Source of the DNA: Botryllus schlosseri
Taxonomy: Eukaryota
NCBI GenBank assembly: GCA_051294905.1
Contig: CM119371.1
Span: 6,076,001 to 6,140,000, forward strand
Direction of reading: 5' to 3'
Length of the DNA: 64,000 bases
The translations under genes and the position numbers were made by a program. Position 1 is the stretch's first letter; every line of letters starts with the position of its first letter. Shown one piece after another: positions 20,501-28,982 of the stretch. A model generated the notes under the pieces. It did no database searches, had not been told where the DNA came from, and was given only the letters and a program-made list of their open reading frames with translations.

Positions 20501-21459
20501 TGATTATTTCGCGCATATATCAAGCTGTGGAATTTGAACGCAAACGACCATTTCAAAAGTTTGTGAATTCTGTTGTTACGCAAAGGCGAAAAGGTGATAT
20601 CACGCCTAAAGACCCAGCACGTGAAATAGAGGCCTTAACCTTTAAATTTTTAGGAAATGCCGCTTTTGGGTCTACTATACAGAACCCAACGAAGTACAGA
20701 AATCATACCTATGTAAAAAGTGATAAGTTGAAATCACATATTCAGAAAAAAAACTTTATTGACGTCAATGAACTCTCTGAAGATCTGTTCGAGGTTAGCT
20801 CGTTACCAGATTCCATTAACGTCGATCAACCGATCATTGTAGGTTTATTCATCTTCAATTCGAGTAAATTACGCATTCTTTCGTTTCTGTATGACTTTTT
20901 ACATGAGTATGTAGAGGAATGTGACTTCAGCTACATACAAGGAGATACCGACAGCGAATATTTTAGTATTTCAGCTGATTCAATCTACTCCTTAATTAAA
21001 CCTTCACGAAGGAAAGAATTTTTTCAAGTTCATGATGAATGGCTCATACAGAGAGCTTGCGCGATGCATCGGGCAGACTTTGAGCGTGACCCAATCGCTT
21101 TCAAAACCACCGAACCGTGCTGTATCGCTGCTTACAATTATGCTAAACGAATTCCTGGTCTGTTTAAAGTAGAATGGGAGGGTCTGAAGTTCATTGGATT
21201 GAACTCGAAAACCTATTACTGCGAGGGTGAGACTGATAAATATTCATCCAAAGGTTTGAGTAAATCCGCTTGTAAGACCTTCAAGGATTTTGAAGGAGTG
21301 TTGCAAAACCGTACATCTTGCGGAGGTATTAATTCTGGGTTTCGCACCTTCAATGGGGATATCTATACTTATAAGCAATATCGTTCTTCTTTGTCGTATG
21401 GTTACTATAAAAGAGTTGTTTTGGCAGATGGCATACATACTGTACCGCTTTCATTGTAA
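17593..21459 (+). CDS. polB: Protein-primed family B DNA polymerase (1288 aa)
   Basis: ExoI AYDFES, ExoII GFNLARYD, ExoIII YNESDV, PolA GYDANSLY, PolB KFLGNAAFG, PolC GDTDS; C2H2-like finger and Vsr-like insert. Confidence 0.97.
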   Translation: MARRRRYGDRGFVVDETLGFEQDGIEVIERHYDSIIDSTWTSRNNVQEIINIRMVGRAPLEIHARIADIYPRRYRQFKMNLAYGFLLFNRETSRYSYYHPQSSQAVFNVPKTIISREDFDTVTNEIDLTAGFEYANRVRPDTKFYCADVLHISIYIYEMDRALLGGSTSISPEMQALSKCNYIMTFLRNREGKAYADSLCIFRSISYVMKKARNETHVLQLAAQFTARYDISTENGVAFEDLSKVEECFQVRILLYEKRNQGTVMLRNSRANGLTIPIHRLENHCCLIRDLKLYTSTYMCDKCKFFFTRKDALMRHMKSVDCERPQKQRYGFGIYRPKMTVFERMAEQGILVSTEKRYYPFRIAYDFESLLEKENLRADTPKVEIVNKHVAVSVSLSDNVTNETHTLISSGDPNVLINDMVGKLYEIQNIASLHMRRLFEKELKDFRMLIERRNAIEPGKTRYLDRLYRHFEIWLDQIPVIGFNLARYDLNLCKKYLIPILQEESGFFVLKRNSAYLTISTNRLKFLDISLFLSPGYSLEAYLKIYGNGVDNKFYFPYEYMTCIDKLNDTQLPPHEMFYSSHRGTNITAAQYQECVDMWNRLQMKTMRDFLTFYNESDVIGFLVALGNNAAFYQNLGIDMFKSAISLPNIANQLMFAECYDIALFSKANADLHQTVVNNLFGGLSQICSRFAMKDVTKIREMRYGDDAKYVKKIIGYDANSLYLSSIDQYMPCGFPIRWLYDATKQKFHRKPIYPAMAELEWLTYESYQRGISIQHAWNGKQARLGSRQIAVDGFSLEHQLIFQYQGCFFHSCDQCYKDAANIERRIKTEEITAYFEELGYTIISIRECEWNRMKLHPDIAQFLSSLQRNVTKEYYLTADQLLDRVFHQQFFGALEVDAHCPDELKEKYSEFPPFCKHISVDICDIGEHMSEYARENNVKFPKTFLGSSYFTEKQLITSDLLAWYMDHGMIISRIYQAVEFERKRPFQKFVNSVVTQRRKGDITPKDPAREIEALTFKFLGNAAFGSTIQNPTKYRNHTYVKSDKLKSHIQKKNFIDVNELSEDLFEVSSLPDSINVDQPIIVGLFIFNSSKLRILSFLYDFLHEYVEECDFSYIQGDTDSEYFSISADSIYSLIKPSRRKEFFQVHDEWLIQRACAMHRADFERDPIAFKTTEPCCIAAYNYAKRIPGLFKVEWEGLKFIGLNSKTYYCEGETDKYSSKGLSKSACKTFKDFEGVLQNRTSCGGINSGFRTFNGDIYTYKQYRSSLSYGYYKRVVLADGIHTVPLSL

Positions 21460-21463
21460 TAAA

Positions 21464-22084
21464 ATGAACCGTGCACGTGTTTTATACTCGCCTCTTCGTA
21501 TGATAATTAGTGGAGCTTCGTGCAGTGGAAAAACAGTTTTTGCCTATAGAATCGTACAAAATGCTAACAAGCTAATCGTACCTCGACCGAGAAAGATCAT
21601 CTGGTTATATAATAACTATCAACCGTTGTACGACAAGATGCAAGGAGTGACATTTTACAAGGGCCTAGACAAATTGAAAGATTTACAGAGAGCTAAAGAT
21701 GAACATACGTTAATTGTGTTAGATGACATGATGACAGAAGCAAGTCAAGTACGTGAACTGTTCATTAGAAAAAGTCACCACCTGTCACTCTCAGTTTTAT
21801 ATTTATGTCAAAATCTATTTCACCGAGGAGCAGGCTTCCGTGATATTACGCTGTCTAGCAACTATATAGTCATCATGAAAAATCCTCGTGATTCTGCACA
21901 GATTCGATATCTGTCACGTCAAATGTTCCCAGATAAACCAAACCTTCTCACGGAAGCTTACAAGAGAGCAACTCGTAAGGCTTATTCATATATCCTGGTC
22001 GATTTGACGCAGGAAACATCCGAACAGTATCGACTTCGCAGCAACATTTTTCCAAGCGAACGTATGACCGTGTATTCGGAATAA
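21464..22084 (+). CDS. A32-like DNA packaging ATPase (206 aa)
   Basis: Walker A GASCSGKT, Walker B LIVLDDM, RKSHH, IVIMKNPRD, Y.Y+LVDL.Q. Confidence 0.95.
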   Translation: MNRARVLYSPLRMIISGASCSGKTVFAYRIVQNANKLIVPRPRKIIWLYNNYQPLYDKMQGVTFYKGLDKLKDLQRAKDEHTLIVLDDMMTEASQVRELFIRKSHHLSLSVLYLCQNLFHRGAGFRDITLSSNYIVIMKNPRDSAQIRYLSRQMFPDKPNLLTEAYKRATRKAYSYILVDLTQETSEQYRLRSNIFPSERMTVYSE

Positions 22085-22119
22085 ATAGCGCTGTACTCGA
22101 ACATTCACTATCATTCGCA

Positions 22120-22524
22120 ATGGCGAGGTCACGTGGTGTTTTGAAAAAAACTTTAAATAATCATCTTATCAAGTTGAAGTTGCTAAAGAGTGCTAAAAAG
22201 AAGGAACGTAACGAGCTATTAACTCACAAAGCTTTTACCGCCTGTGTGTGTGAGTGTCTTCGTAACCTTGTCTCGGGCAATATAGCTATTTCAAGTACGA
22301 GTAAGGCACGATTGAAGAAGTATAAAAGTAACATTCGCAAAGTGTTGTGCTGCAAATCTCAAAAACAGAAGCAAAAAACATTACAACAGGGTGGCTTTTT
22401 ATCAGGTGAATATACATGCGATTCGATTCGATTCATGATCTAACTTTAATGATTTATAGCGATCTTAAGTGCTGCGATTCCGATTATTGGAAGTCTGTTA
22501 GGCGGATTGACTAAACATGCGTGA
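22120..22524 (+). CDS. Spliced basic core protein, adenovirus pX/pVII-like (116 aa; exons 22120-22405 and 22460-22524)
   Basis: Removing a 54-nt GT...CTAAC...AG intron gives ...QQGGFLSAILSAAIPIIGSLLGGLTKHA*, like adenovirus pX GGFLPALIPII. Confidence 0.8.
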
Positions 22525-23080
22525 ATTGTACTTTCCTCCTTTACAATCAAAAGACGCCTACGAAAAGAAATTCAATGAACATATCGCTAGCATCAGGGAC
22601 TCTGATTTGACACGCATCGAAAAATTAGCACTATTTCAACACGGCATTAGACTATTGAGAAACCTACGTGCGAATAAGAAATCGATCAAGTCGTCGACCC
22701 GCGCACCGCCAGCGGCCGCTACCAATGAAACAATTAGCGCGTCGAAACCGCCCGGAGCGGCGCTCGCTATTAATAACACATTTGACGCGACACCTCCGTC
22801 GACGCCCGAGATTTGGAGCAATTACGAAGCAGTAACTCCACCCCATACGCCTAAAACTTCAAAGAAAAAGGTTAAAAAGAAGAAGAAAGCCACTCCGTCC
22901 GCAACACCCGAGATTTGGAGCAATTACGAAGCAGTAACTCTACCCCATACGCCTAAAACTTCAAAGAAAAAGGTTAAAAAGAAGAAGAAAGCCAATAAAC
23001 CTCCTGTTAATTGGCAAAGCATTGACGGTCCGCGCAAACGAAAGCCGAATCAACGCTACACAGGAAAGTTATGGACATGA
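22517..23080 (+). CDS. Lys/Pro/Thr-rich protein with 34-aa duplication (187 aa)
   Basis: ATG ORF; repeat TPEIWSNYEAVT(P/L)PHTPKTSKKKVKKKKKA; stop overlaps integrase ATG (ATGA). Confidence 0.8.
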   Translation: MRELYFPPLQSKDAYEKKFNEHIASIRDSDLTRIEKLALFQHGIRLLRNLRANKKSIKSSTRAPPAAATNETISASKPPGAALAINNTFDATPPSTPEIWSNYEAVTPPHTPKTSKKKVKKKKKATPSATPEIWSNYEAVTLPHTPKTSKKKVKKKKKANKPPVNWQSIDGPRKRKPNQRYTGKLWT

Positions 23081-24090
23081 CGCTAGCTAACAAGAGAGAC
23101 TATTTCGATCCCCGCAAACCAAACTCCTATAGAGGAGCTTATTTACAGAATGACAAAGAATGGTTGAAATCAGAACAAAGTTATACCCTGCATTTTCCTA
23201 TACGAAAAAAATTTACTCGCGAGAAGGTGGTGGTCTCTGGAATTGATAGTCAGTTTCAAAGCGATTTGATTGATGTGCAGTCTATTTCTAAATACAATCG
23301 TGGATTTAGATATCTGGCTTTGGTTATTGATACGTTTTCAAAGTTTGTGTGGTTGATTCCAATTAAAGATAAAACTGGTCGCAGTATGATTTCTGCTTTC
23401 CGACAAGTGTTCAATGAGAGGCTGCCTTTAGTGTTGCAGACTGATAGAGGTACAGAATATACCAATCGAGCTTTTCAAAACTTTCTCAAGAAAAATAAAG
23501 TTCGTTACTTTTACACAAAAAGCGAATTGAAATCGTCTCAGGCCGAGCGTTGGATTCGCACTTTCAAGGCAATCTTGTACCGCTATTTCACGAAGAATAA
23601 CACCAGTAAATACATCGACGTGCTGCAGGATTTCGTATATTCCTACAATCACACTAAACATACGTCGTTAGGTATGGCTCCAAGTCAAGTCAATTCACAT
23701 AATCAAGAAGCTATTTGGCAAAAAATGTATGGGTTTCGACAAGCTACACTTCCCACTCTGACGAAAGGAACAGCCGTACGCATTTCGAAAATTCGCGGGC
23801 TTTTTGAAAAGAGCAGTAGACCCAATTGGACAACTGAGATATTTTATATCATTGACGCAATGGCTGGCGACCCTCCGATGTATCGCTTGCGTGACTATAA
23901 TCATGACGTTATCGATGGTAGGTTTTACAGAGAAGAACTACAGCTGGTGACCGAACCTACAGAGTGGCGTATCGAAAAGATTATAAAGACACGTCAACGC
24001 GCCAAACACCGTCAGTATTTAGTTAAATGGATAGGATATGGAGCAGAGTTCAACTCCTGGATCGATCAAAAAGATATCGTCAAACCGTAA
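23071..24090 (+). CDS. int: Retroviral-type (rve) integrase with C-terminal chromodomain
   Basis: QSDLID, LQTDRGTE, AERWIRT (D,D,E); chromodomain IEKII...YLVKWIGYGAEFNSW. Start at 23071 or 23077. Confidence 0.96.
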   Translation: MDMTLANKRDYFDPRKPNSYRGAYLQNDKEWLKSEQSYTLHFPIRKKFTREKVVVSGIDSQFQSDLIDVQSISKYNRGFRYLALVIDTFSKFVWLIPIKDKTGRSMISAFRQVFNERLPLVLQTDRGTEYTNRAFQNFLKKNKVRYFYTKSELKSSQAERWIRTFKAILYRYFTKNNTSKYIDVLQDFVYSYNHTKHTSLGMAPSQVNSHNQEAIWQKMYGFRQATLPTLTKGTAVRISKIRGLFEKSSRPNWTTEIFYIIDAMAGDPPMYRLRDYNHDVIDGRFYREELQLVTEPTEWRIEKIIKTRQRAKHRQYLVKWIGYGAEFNSWIDQKDIVKP

Positions 24091-24250
24091 CTTTTATCAG
24101 TTCATCGCTCAAGTCGTGGTTATACTAATCATAGTGATTTTTTCACTCTACAATTTGACAATCGTTCAAGAAAACAAGGAGCTTTGGGTATCGTTATTAT
24201 CATCGTGTGTGGGTTATATGTTACCAGCTCCAAAAATACCTAAACTATGA
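24038..24250 (+). CDS. Small membrane protein (70 aa)
   Basis: Hydrophobic FIAQVVVILIIVIFSLYNL and WVSLLSSCVGYMLPAP; stop overlaps the next ATG (ATGA). Confidence 0.65.
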   Translation: MEQSSTPGSIKKISSNRNFYQFIAQVVVILIIVIFSLYNLTIVQENKELWVSLLSSCVGYMLPAPKIPKL

Positions 24251-25086
24251 GTTATGTGACGTTATTTTCGAATGGTTCTATGGATATGTTTCCTGACAAT
24301 ACAACCGCACAATATGTCAATGAAATACAGACGGCTAGAAATGTAGAGAGAAATGAGATCGCTCTGACGGAGATCAGTTTTCCTAGAGATTTTGAAAAAC
24401 GTATCGAGTCACGTGCTTCTTTCGGATTCGAAATTACGGGTTTCGAACAAAGCTTTAGGAGATTTAGGTTGAAAACTGGACAATATGACTCGCTCTACGC
24501 CATGTTTAAAACCTTGGAAAGTATCAACCCTGATGTAGCAGTAAACTGTTTTCCTGAGAGCAACACCCTAACTGTGTCAATTCCACACGAAGACAGCACA
24601 GATATCTTATATCCTGGAGTGGATACGCGATATAGTATCGTGACCAGAGAGAACGATTATACAGCAACGTTGAAGAATATAGAAACTCCAGATGCCTACA
24701 CTCTCGCGACTTTCACATTACCAAATACAGCAGCGCTATCCGCATACTCTTTCTCAAAGAAAAAAATACATTTCAATTTCGATATAACACCCGTACCATC
24801 AATTGACTTTGTATACGTTCATTGCGATATTATTGAACCGCAAGAATTCAATGGTACATTACAGCGCCTATTGCGAGTGGTGAAAGTCGAGGGAGATAAG
24901 AAGGCGTTTTCCAAATACTACATAAAGCCTTTCTTCTTCCCTGTAAATATAAATAGATTGGAACGTATAAAAATATCTTTGTTAGATGTCAATGGTGTAA
25001 AAATTCCATTTCGGAGTGCACCGTCTATAGTGCCGTACTGCAATTTCGAAAGCGTGCTATTGCGTTATGAAATACATCCACATTAG
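24247..25086 (+). CDS. Minor capsid (penton-like) protein 1
   Basis: YVTLFSNGS.DMFPDNT, EIALTEISFP, YVHCDIIEPQ, LLRVV, IKISLLDVNG; possible frameshift near 25033. Confidence 0.85.
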   Translation: MSYVTLFSNGSMDMFPDNTTAQYVNEIQTARNVERNEIALTEISFPRDFEKRIESRASFGFEITGFEQSFRRFRLKTGQYDSLYAMFKTLESINPDVAVNCFPESNTLTVSIPHEDSTDILYPGVDTRYSIVTRENDYTATLKNIETPDAYTLATFTLPNTAALSAYSFSKKKIHFNFDITPVPSIDFVYVHCDIIEPQEFNGTLQRLLRVVKVEGDKKAFSKYYIKPFFFPVNINRLERIKISLLDVNGVKIPFRSAPSIVPYCNFESVLLRYEIHPH

Positions 25087-25816
25087 CAGTTCGAAATCGG
25101 ATTTTGTAGTTGACTTAGCACGCCCCATCACTGGAAAATGGGAGTTGGGGCTTGCGGAATTTTCAGTTCGTAATCAGTTTCAAACTACTTTACCGCATTT
25201 CAATGGATTGTTATGGGAATTTCAAGAGGAAAAATCATCTGCTCTGTTGGCAACGCAAAGCAATAATTATTTTTTCTATCCAAATGGGGATTATTATGAT
25301 TTCAAAAGCTTGATCGATAGAATCAATCGTAGTCAGACAAAGGTATGGATAAATCAGCTGTCAAGTTCAACAGCTATGCTAGTCATTCCCCCTAGCGAAG
25401 CAGGTGCCTTTCCGAATTTCCGAAGAAATCCAAAGAGAATCAGAAACCCGGTTTTCGTATATGGGAATCTTAAAGAACAAAATTTACCGCAAGGAAAATA
25501 TTTAACTTCGCAAATGTACCTGCGAAATGATATTGAACCTATCAGTAATTTATTGGTCTATACCGATCTCATTCGACCGCAAACAGTCGGTGATACGAAT
25601 GCACCACTATTGCGAAATATCCCTATAACAGCAGCTAACAATGAATACCAACATCACATTTTTGAGAAAATCTACTTTTTCCCTATGATCACGGAATATG
25701 CCAATCGAATTAGAATTAGTATTAGAGACGATAAAGCGGAATCTATAAATCTGAATGGTTCTGTAGTTCATATCACACTTGCTTTACGTCACGATGAGGG
25801 CACATTACTGTTGTGA
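25067..25816 (+). CDS. Minor capsid (penton-like) protein 2
   Basis: SDFVVDLARPITGKWELGLAEFS, VYTDLIRPQTVGDTNAPLLRNI, IRISIRDD. Confidence 0.85.
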   Translation: MKYIHISSSKSDFVVDLARPITGKWELGLAEFSVRNQFQTTLPHFNGLLWEFQEEKSSALLATQSNNYFFYPNGDYYDFKSLIDRINRSQTKVWINQLSSSTAMLVIPPSEAGAFPNFRRNPKRIRNPVFVYGNLKEQNLPQGKYLTSQMYLRNDIEPISNLLVYTDLIRPQTVGDTNAPLLRNIPITAANNEYQHHIFEKIYFFPMITEYANRIRISIRDDKAESINLNGSVVHITLALRHDEGTLLL

Positions 25817-26162
25817 TCGTGAAGCTTTTCAACACTATTATCGAAATCAAAGCGGAGCGGGCATAAACTACTTTCGAGGTCGAGTGCAAAGAGGTCACGG
25901 TCTAGGTAATCTATTTCGTAGTTTGGGACGTAGTGTGGTTCCCTTGATTTCCAAAGGAGCGAAAGCTCTGGGTAGACAACTACTTCACACTGGGGCTGAA
26001 GTCGCGTCTGATGTATTGGGAGGACAAAACATCGGCGAAAGCTTTAAAATCAGAGGAAATCAAGCTGCTAGTCAAGCACTTGATAATTTCCTGGGAAAGA
26101 GAAAAGCACCTAGAAAGAAAAATACCAAACGGAAAAAACGTCGTCGGGATATTTTTGATTAA
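25794..26162 (+). CDS. pVI-like / membrane-active internal virion protein (122 aa)
   Basis: YYRNQSGAG, QRGHG followed by amphipathic LGNLFRSLGRSVVPLISKGAKALG; basic tail. Confidence 0.75.
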   Translation: MRAHYCCDREAFQHYYRNQSGAGINYFRGRVQRGHGLGNLFRSLGRSVVPLISKGAKALGRQLLHTGAEVASDVLGGQNIGESFKIRGNQAASQALDNFLGKRKAPRKKNTKRKKRRRDIFD

Positions 26163-26212
26163 ATACAAATAGTAAGCCTTCCTCTTTTCATTTACAAGTA
26201 GACTCGCGGAAC

Positions 26213-27490
26213 ATGACGGAGCTGATTCATAGCAAATCTGCTGAAGGTATTCATCCGTCTTTAGATCTTTACCAGATACCACCTACTCAGACGAGTGTAG
26301 AGAAAATACGTATCATCAAGATACCTCCTGTTTCGGACAATGAGAGCGTTATAACTTTCAGATATGAGGGGTGTGGAGATTTCATAGATCTAAGCGAATC
26401 TTATTTTTTATTTCGTCTGAAACTGCTGAACGGCGATGCGGATTTAGTCGCAAATGATGATATTGGTGTTGTCAATAACATTTTAGATTCAATGATTTCA
26501 CAACTTCACATTAAAGTTGGAAATCACACGATCAAGCAGGATATTAAACTACAAGCGTATTCGGCCTACTTGAACTATCTGTTCGCCCCACAAGACGTAC
26601 AAACGTCAACTCTTTTGACACAGGGTTGGGTCAAGGATACCCCTGAGCAATTAGATGATAAAGCTATAGGCGATGATGCAGCTAACAAAGGTCACAACGC
26701 GAGAAGTTTGCCTTATGCAACCAGTAAAGTTGTTGAAATAAGAGGTCGAATACATCACGGATTATGCTTACAAGACCGTTACATTCTGGATGAGGTACCC
26801 TTGGAGTTCGAACTCACTTTGAACCCGAAAAGTTTTTTTCTGTTTGGATTGAATACTAGCAATTTCAAAATAATTAAAAAAGAGCTGCAATTGTGCGGCG
26901 TGAAAGTAAGCGAAGATGTGAAATCCGCAATGATGGTCGATGCTCCAGCTAGATATCCGTACATGGACATGAAACTTCTGAGCAGAACTTTCGCAGCTAA
27001 CACCACTCAAATCGATATTGGTAATCTGTATTCGGGTACTCTACCGACTCGTTTAATCATCGGTATGGTAGCGACTAGCGCATTCCAGGGTGCGTTCGAT
27101 AAAAATCCATACAATTTTATTCATAACAAAATGAAACGTGTCGAATTGAAAGTCAATGGTTTCCTGATACCGGAAGGTGGATACGAACTTGATTTTGAAA
27201 ACAATCACTATTCTGAAGCCTATCTCAACATGGTTCAAGGCATAGGAGCTCTCGAAAAACAGATCGGAGTCCTTACCCCGAAGGAATTCGCTAATGGATA
27301 TACTCTTCTAGTATATAACTTGCGAGCTGATGATCTAGACGACTGTTTCGAACTGCAGAAAAGCGGCACAGTTAGTCTGCGGATCACTTTTCCTGCTGAT
27401 GGTGTTGCGAGCGAAACAACTCTGCTTTGTTTCATGGAATTCCAAAAAATACTAGAAATAAGCCAAGGTCGCACGGTTACTATAATATGA
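26213..27490 (+). CDS. Major capsid protein (double jelly-roll, hexon-like; 425 aa)
   Basis: LDLYQIPPTQTSV, IDLSESY, NNILDSMISQL, PTRLIIGMV...FQG...NPYNF; lies before the protease as in Polintons. Confidence 0.93.
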   Translation: MTELIHSKSAEGIHPSLDLYQIPPTQTSVEKIRIIKIPPVSDNESVITFRYEGCGDFIDLSESYFLFRLKLLNGDADLVANDDIGVVNNILDSMISQLHIKVGNHTIKQDIKLQAYSAYLNYLFAPQDVQTSTLLTQGWVKDTPEQLDDKAIGDDAANKGHNARSLPYATSKVVEIRGRIHHGLCLQDRYILDEVPLEFELTLNPKSFFLFGLNTSNFKIIKKELQLCGVKVSEDVKSAMMVDAPARYPYMDMKLLSRTFAANTTQIDIGNLYSGTLPTRLIIGMVATSAFQGAFDKNPYNFIHNKMKRVELKVNGFLIPEGGYELDFENNHYSEAYLNMVQGIGALEKQIGVLTPKEFANGYTLLVYNLRADDLDDCFELQKSGTVSLRITFPADGVASETTLLCFMEFQKILEISQGRTVTII

Positions 27491-27939
27491 ACGGACTAGA
27501 AATAGATGAAATATTGTATAGTTACGATTCTACCAAACGACATTATCTAGGAAATTTTCCTATTGATCGACTTCCTCGGCGACCGAAACCTCCCTACTCA
27601 TTAATCATTAATTACGATGAGGCCGACGAACCAGGAAGTCACTGGGTATGCATCTACGCTGATGAACATGGAACTCATTTCCACGACAGCTTCGGTATAC
27701 CTCCGTTCAGAAATGAAATACCCTGTTTCCTAGAACCTGAAAAGTATACCAGTTCGATCAAACCATTACAGCACAAACGTTCAGAAGCTTGCGGAGCCCA
27801 CGCAATTTCATTCCTAAGCTGTCGCAGTGATGGCATGAGCACACTGTCTTATTTAGAGCACTTCGGAAAAGATAAGAAACACAACGACAGTATAGTCTGG
27901 GACTTTCTTCAAAAATTAAAACGAAATGCGAGCAAATAG
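27487..27939 (+). CDS. Adenain-like cysteine protease (150 aa)
   Basis: GSHW, HDSFG, LQ...CG (H-D-Q-C); ATG overlaps the MCP stop (ATGA). Confidence 0.95.
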   Translation: MNGLEIDEILYSYDSTKRHYLGNFPIDRLPRRPKPPYSLIINYDEADEPGSHWVCIYADEHGTHFHDSFGIPPFRNEIPCFLEPEKYTSSIKPLQHKRSEACGAHAISFLSCRSDGMSTLSYLEHFGKDKKHNDSIVWDFLQKLKRNASK

Positions 27940-28249
27940 CTTCACTGTCATACAGTACTTTGGTGATGATGAGAAGATTCAACTGAAAATCAGAGAAAAA
28001 GTCATTGTAATGAATCCTGAACGCATTCACAGACTTTCATTCGATAGCTTTCATATACGTATTTATCCACATGACCGAGATATTACATTATTCATTGGAA
28101 CTGATTGCTTACCTGTACGCTTTCCTAACCATTGTATGTACATAGACGTGTTATCGAAACATAGAATTGCTCAACAAATCAGTGAAGAATTTGTTGTTTT
28201 TCGTAGACTAAAAATCTGTGAATTTCTGACTAGAGCATCGCGTATATAA
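27926..28249 (+). CDS. Orphan protein (107 aa)
   Basis: ATG ORF overlapping the protease end; tight packing. Confidence 0.6.
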   Translation: MRANSFTVIQYFGDDEKIQLKIREKVIVMNPERIHRLSFDSFHIRIYPHDRDITLFIGTDCLPVRFPNHCMYIDVLSKHRIAQQISEEFVVFRRLKICEFLTRASRI

Positions 28250-28265
28250 GTCACAATATCTTTCT

Positions 28266-28376
28266 ATGGAACATGTCGATGATATCTTAGCTGTCGTGTT
28301 CATTGTTCTGCTTACTATTTGTTGTATACTGGAATGGATATCGTATTGCTGTCAAGAACAAGCTAGTGAAGCATGA
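28266..28376 (+). CDS. Small single-pass membrane protein (36 aa), not in the ORF track
   Basis: MEHVDDILAVVFIVLLTICCILEWISYCCQEQASEA*; stop overlaps the next ATG (ATGA). Confidence 0.55.
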   Translation: MEHVDDILAVVFIVLLTICCILEWISYCCQEQASEA

Positions 28377-28696
28377 CCATGGCTAGAATTTCCGTTGGTG
28401 CACAGTTTGATTCGAGTCGTAATTATGAAGAAATGATTGTATTACCTAACGTGAGATCAATTACCATTCCCTATACGTGTATACTTTTCCATTATGATAA
28501 TAGAATTGTAGTGAAACCCATAGAAGATTGTGTTACGCACTCGTCGCGTAATATCATTGTCTGTAAAGACGAACATTATCGTGTGCTTTATAAATCACCC
28601 TTAGTTATTGATTTCAAGGGTAAGGCAATTGTTGTTGGTAATATAATCCTATTCCAAGTGTTTTGGGATGGATGTGTTCGATTCATAACTCAATAA
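28373..28696 (+). CDS. Orphan beta-rich protein (107 aa)
   Basis: ATG ORF whose TAA stop is part of an AATAAA signal. Confidence 0.6.
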   Translation: MTMARISVGAQFDSSRNYEEMIVLPNVRSITIPYTCILFHYDNRIVVKPIEDCVTHSSRNIIVCKDEHYRVLYKSPLVIDFKGKAIVVGNIILFQVFWDGCVRFITQ

Positions 28697-28818
28697 ATCA
28701 CTGATTTCGACTCGTGTTCTTTTCTGTTCGGTCGTGTTTATCCTGAGGCGCATCCCTTAGCTAGTAGAGAAATGCAGATTCGTCAATAAACCTTCAGTTA
28801 CGTAGATTCGTCAATAAA
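28692..28818 (+). terminator. Three polyadenylation signals in short repeats
   Basis: AATAAA at 28692, 28785, 28813 within repeated (GATTCG)TCAATAAA(TCACTG). Confidence 0.55.
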
Positions 28819-28982
28819 TCACTGTTTCTAACTCGCGCTATTTATCATATAACCAACAAAGACACATTATGGAGTTTTTATTACAAAAGGTTGCGCGCAG
28901 TCTTTTCAAAGCACACCGTTGTGAGTGACAATCAAAAAATGATGATATTGCGTCAGTCATTAGCAATTCAACGGAAAAATAG

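Noticed and set aside
21290-21463. N-terminal extension of the ATPase
   Set aside because: Non-ATG start overlapping the polB end; ATG 21464 after the polB stop is more plausible.
17593-27939. Short antisense or alternate-frame ORFs within polB, int, MCP and others
   Set aside because: Shadow ORFs of real genes with no motifs.
28840-28982. miRNA hairpins trailing the tRNA (herpesvirus TMER-like)
   Set aside because: A T5 terminator follows the tRNA immediately and no clear hairpin was seen.
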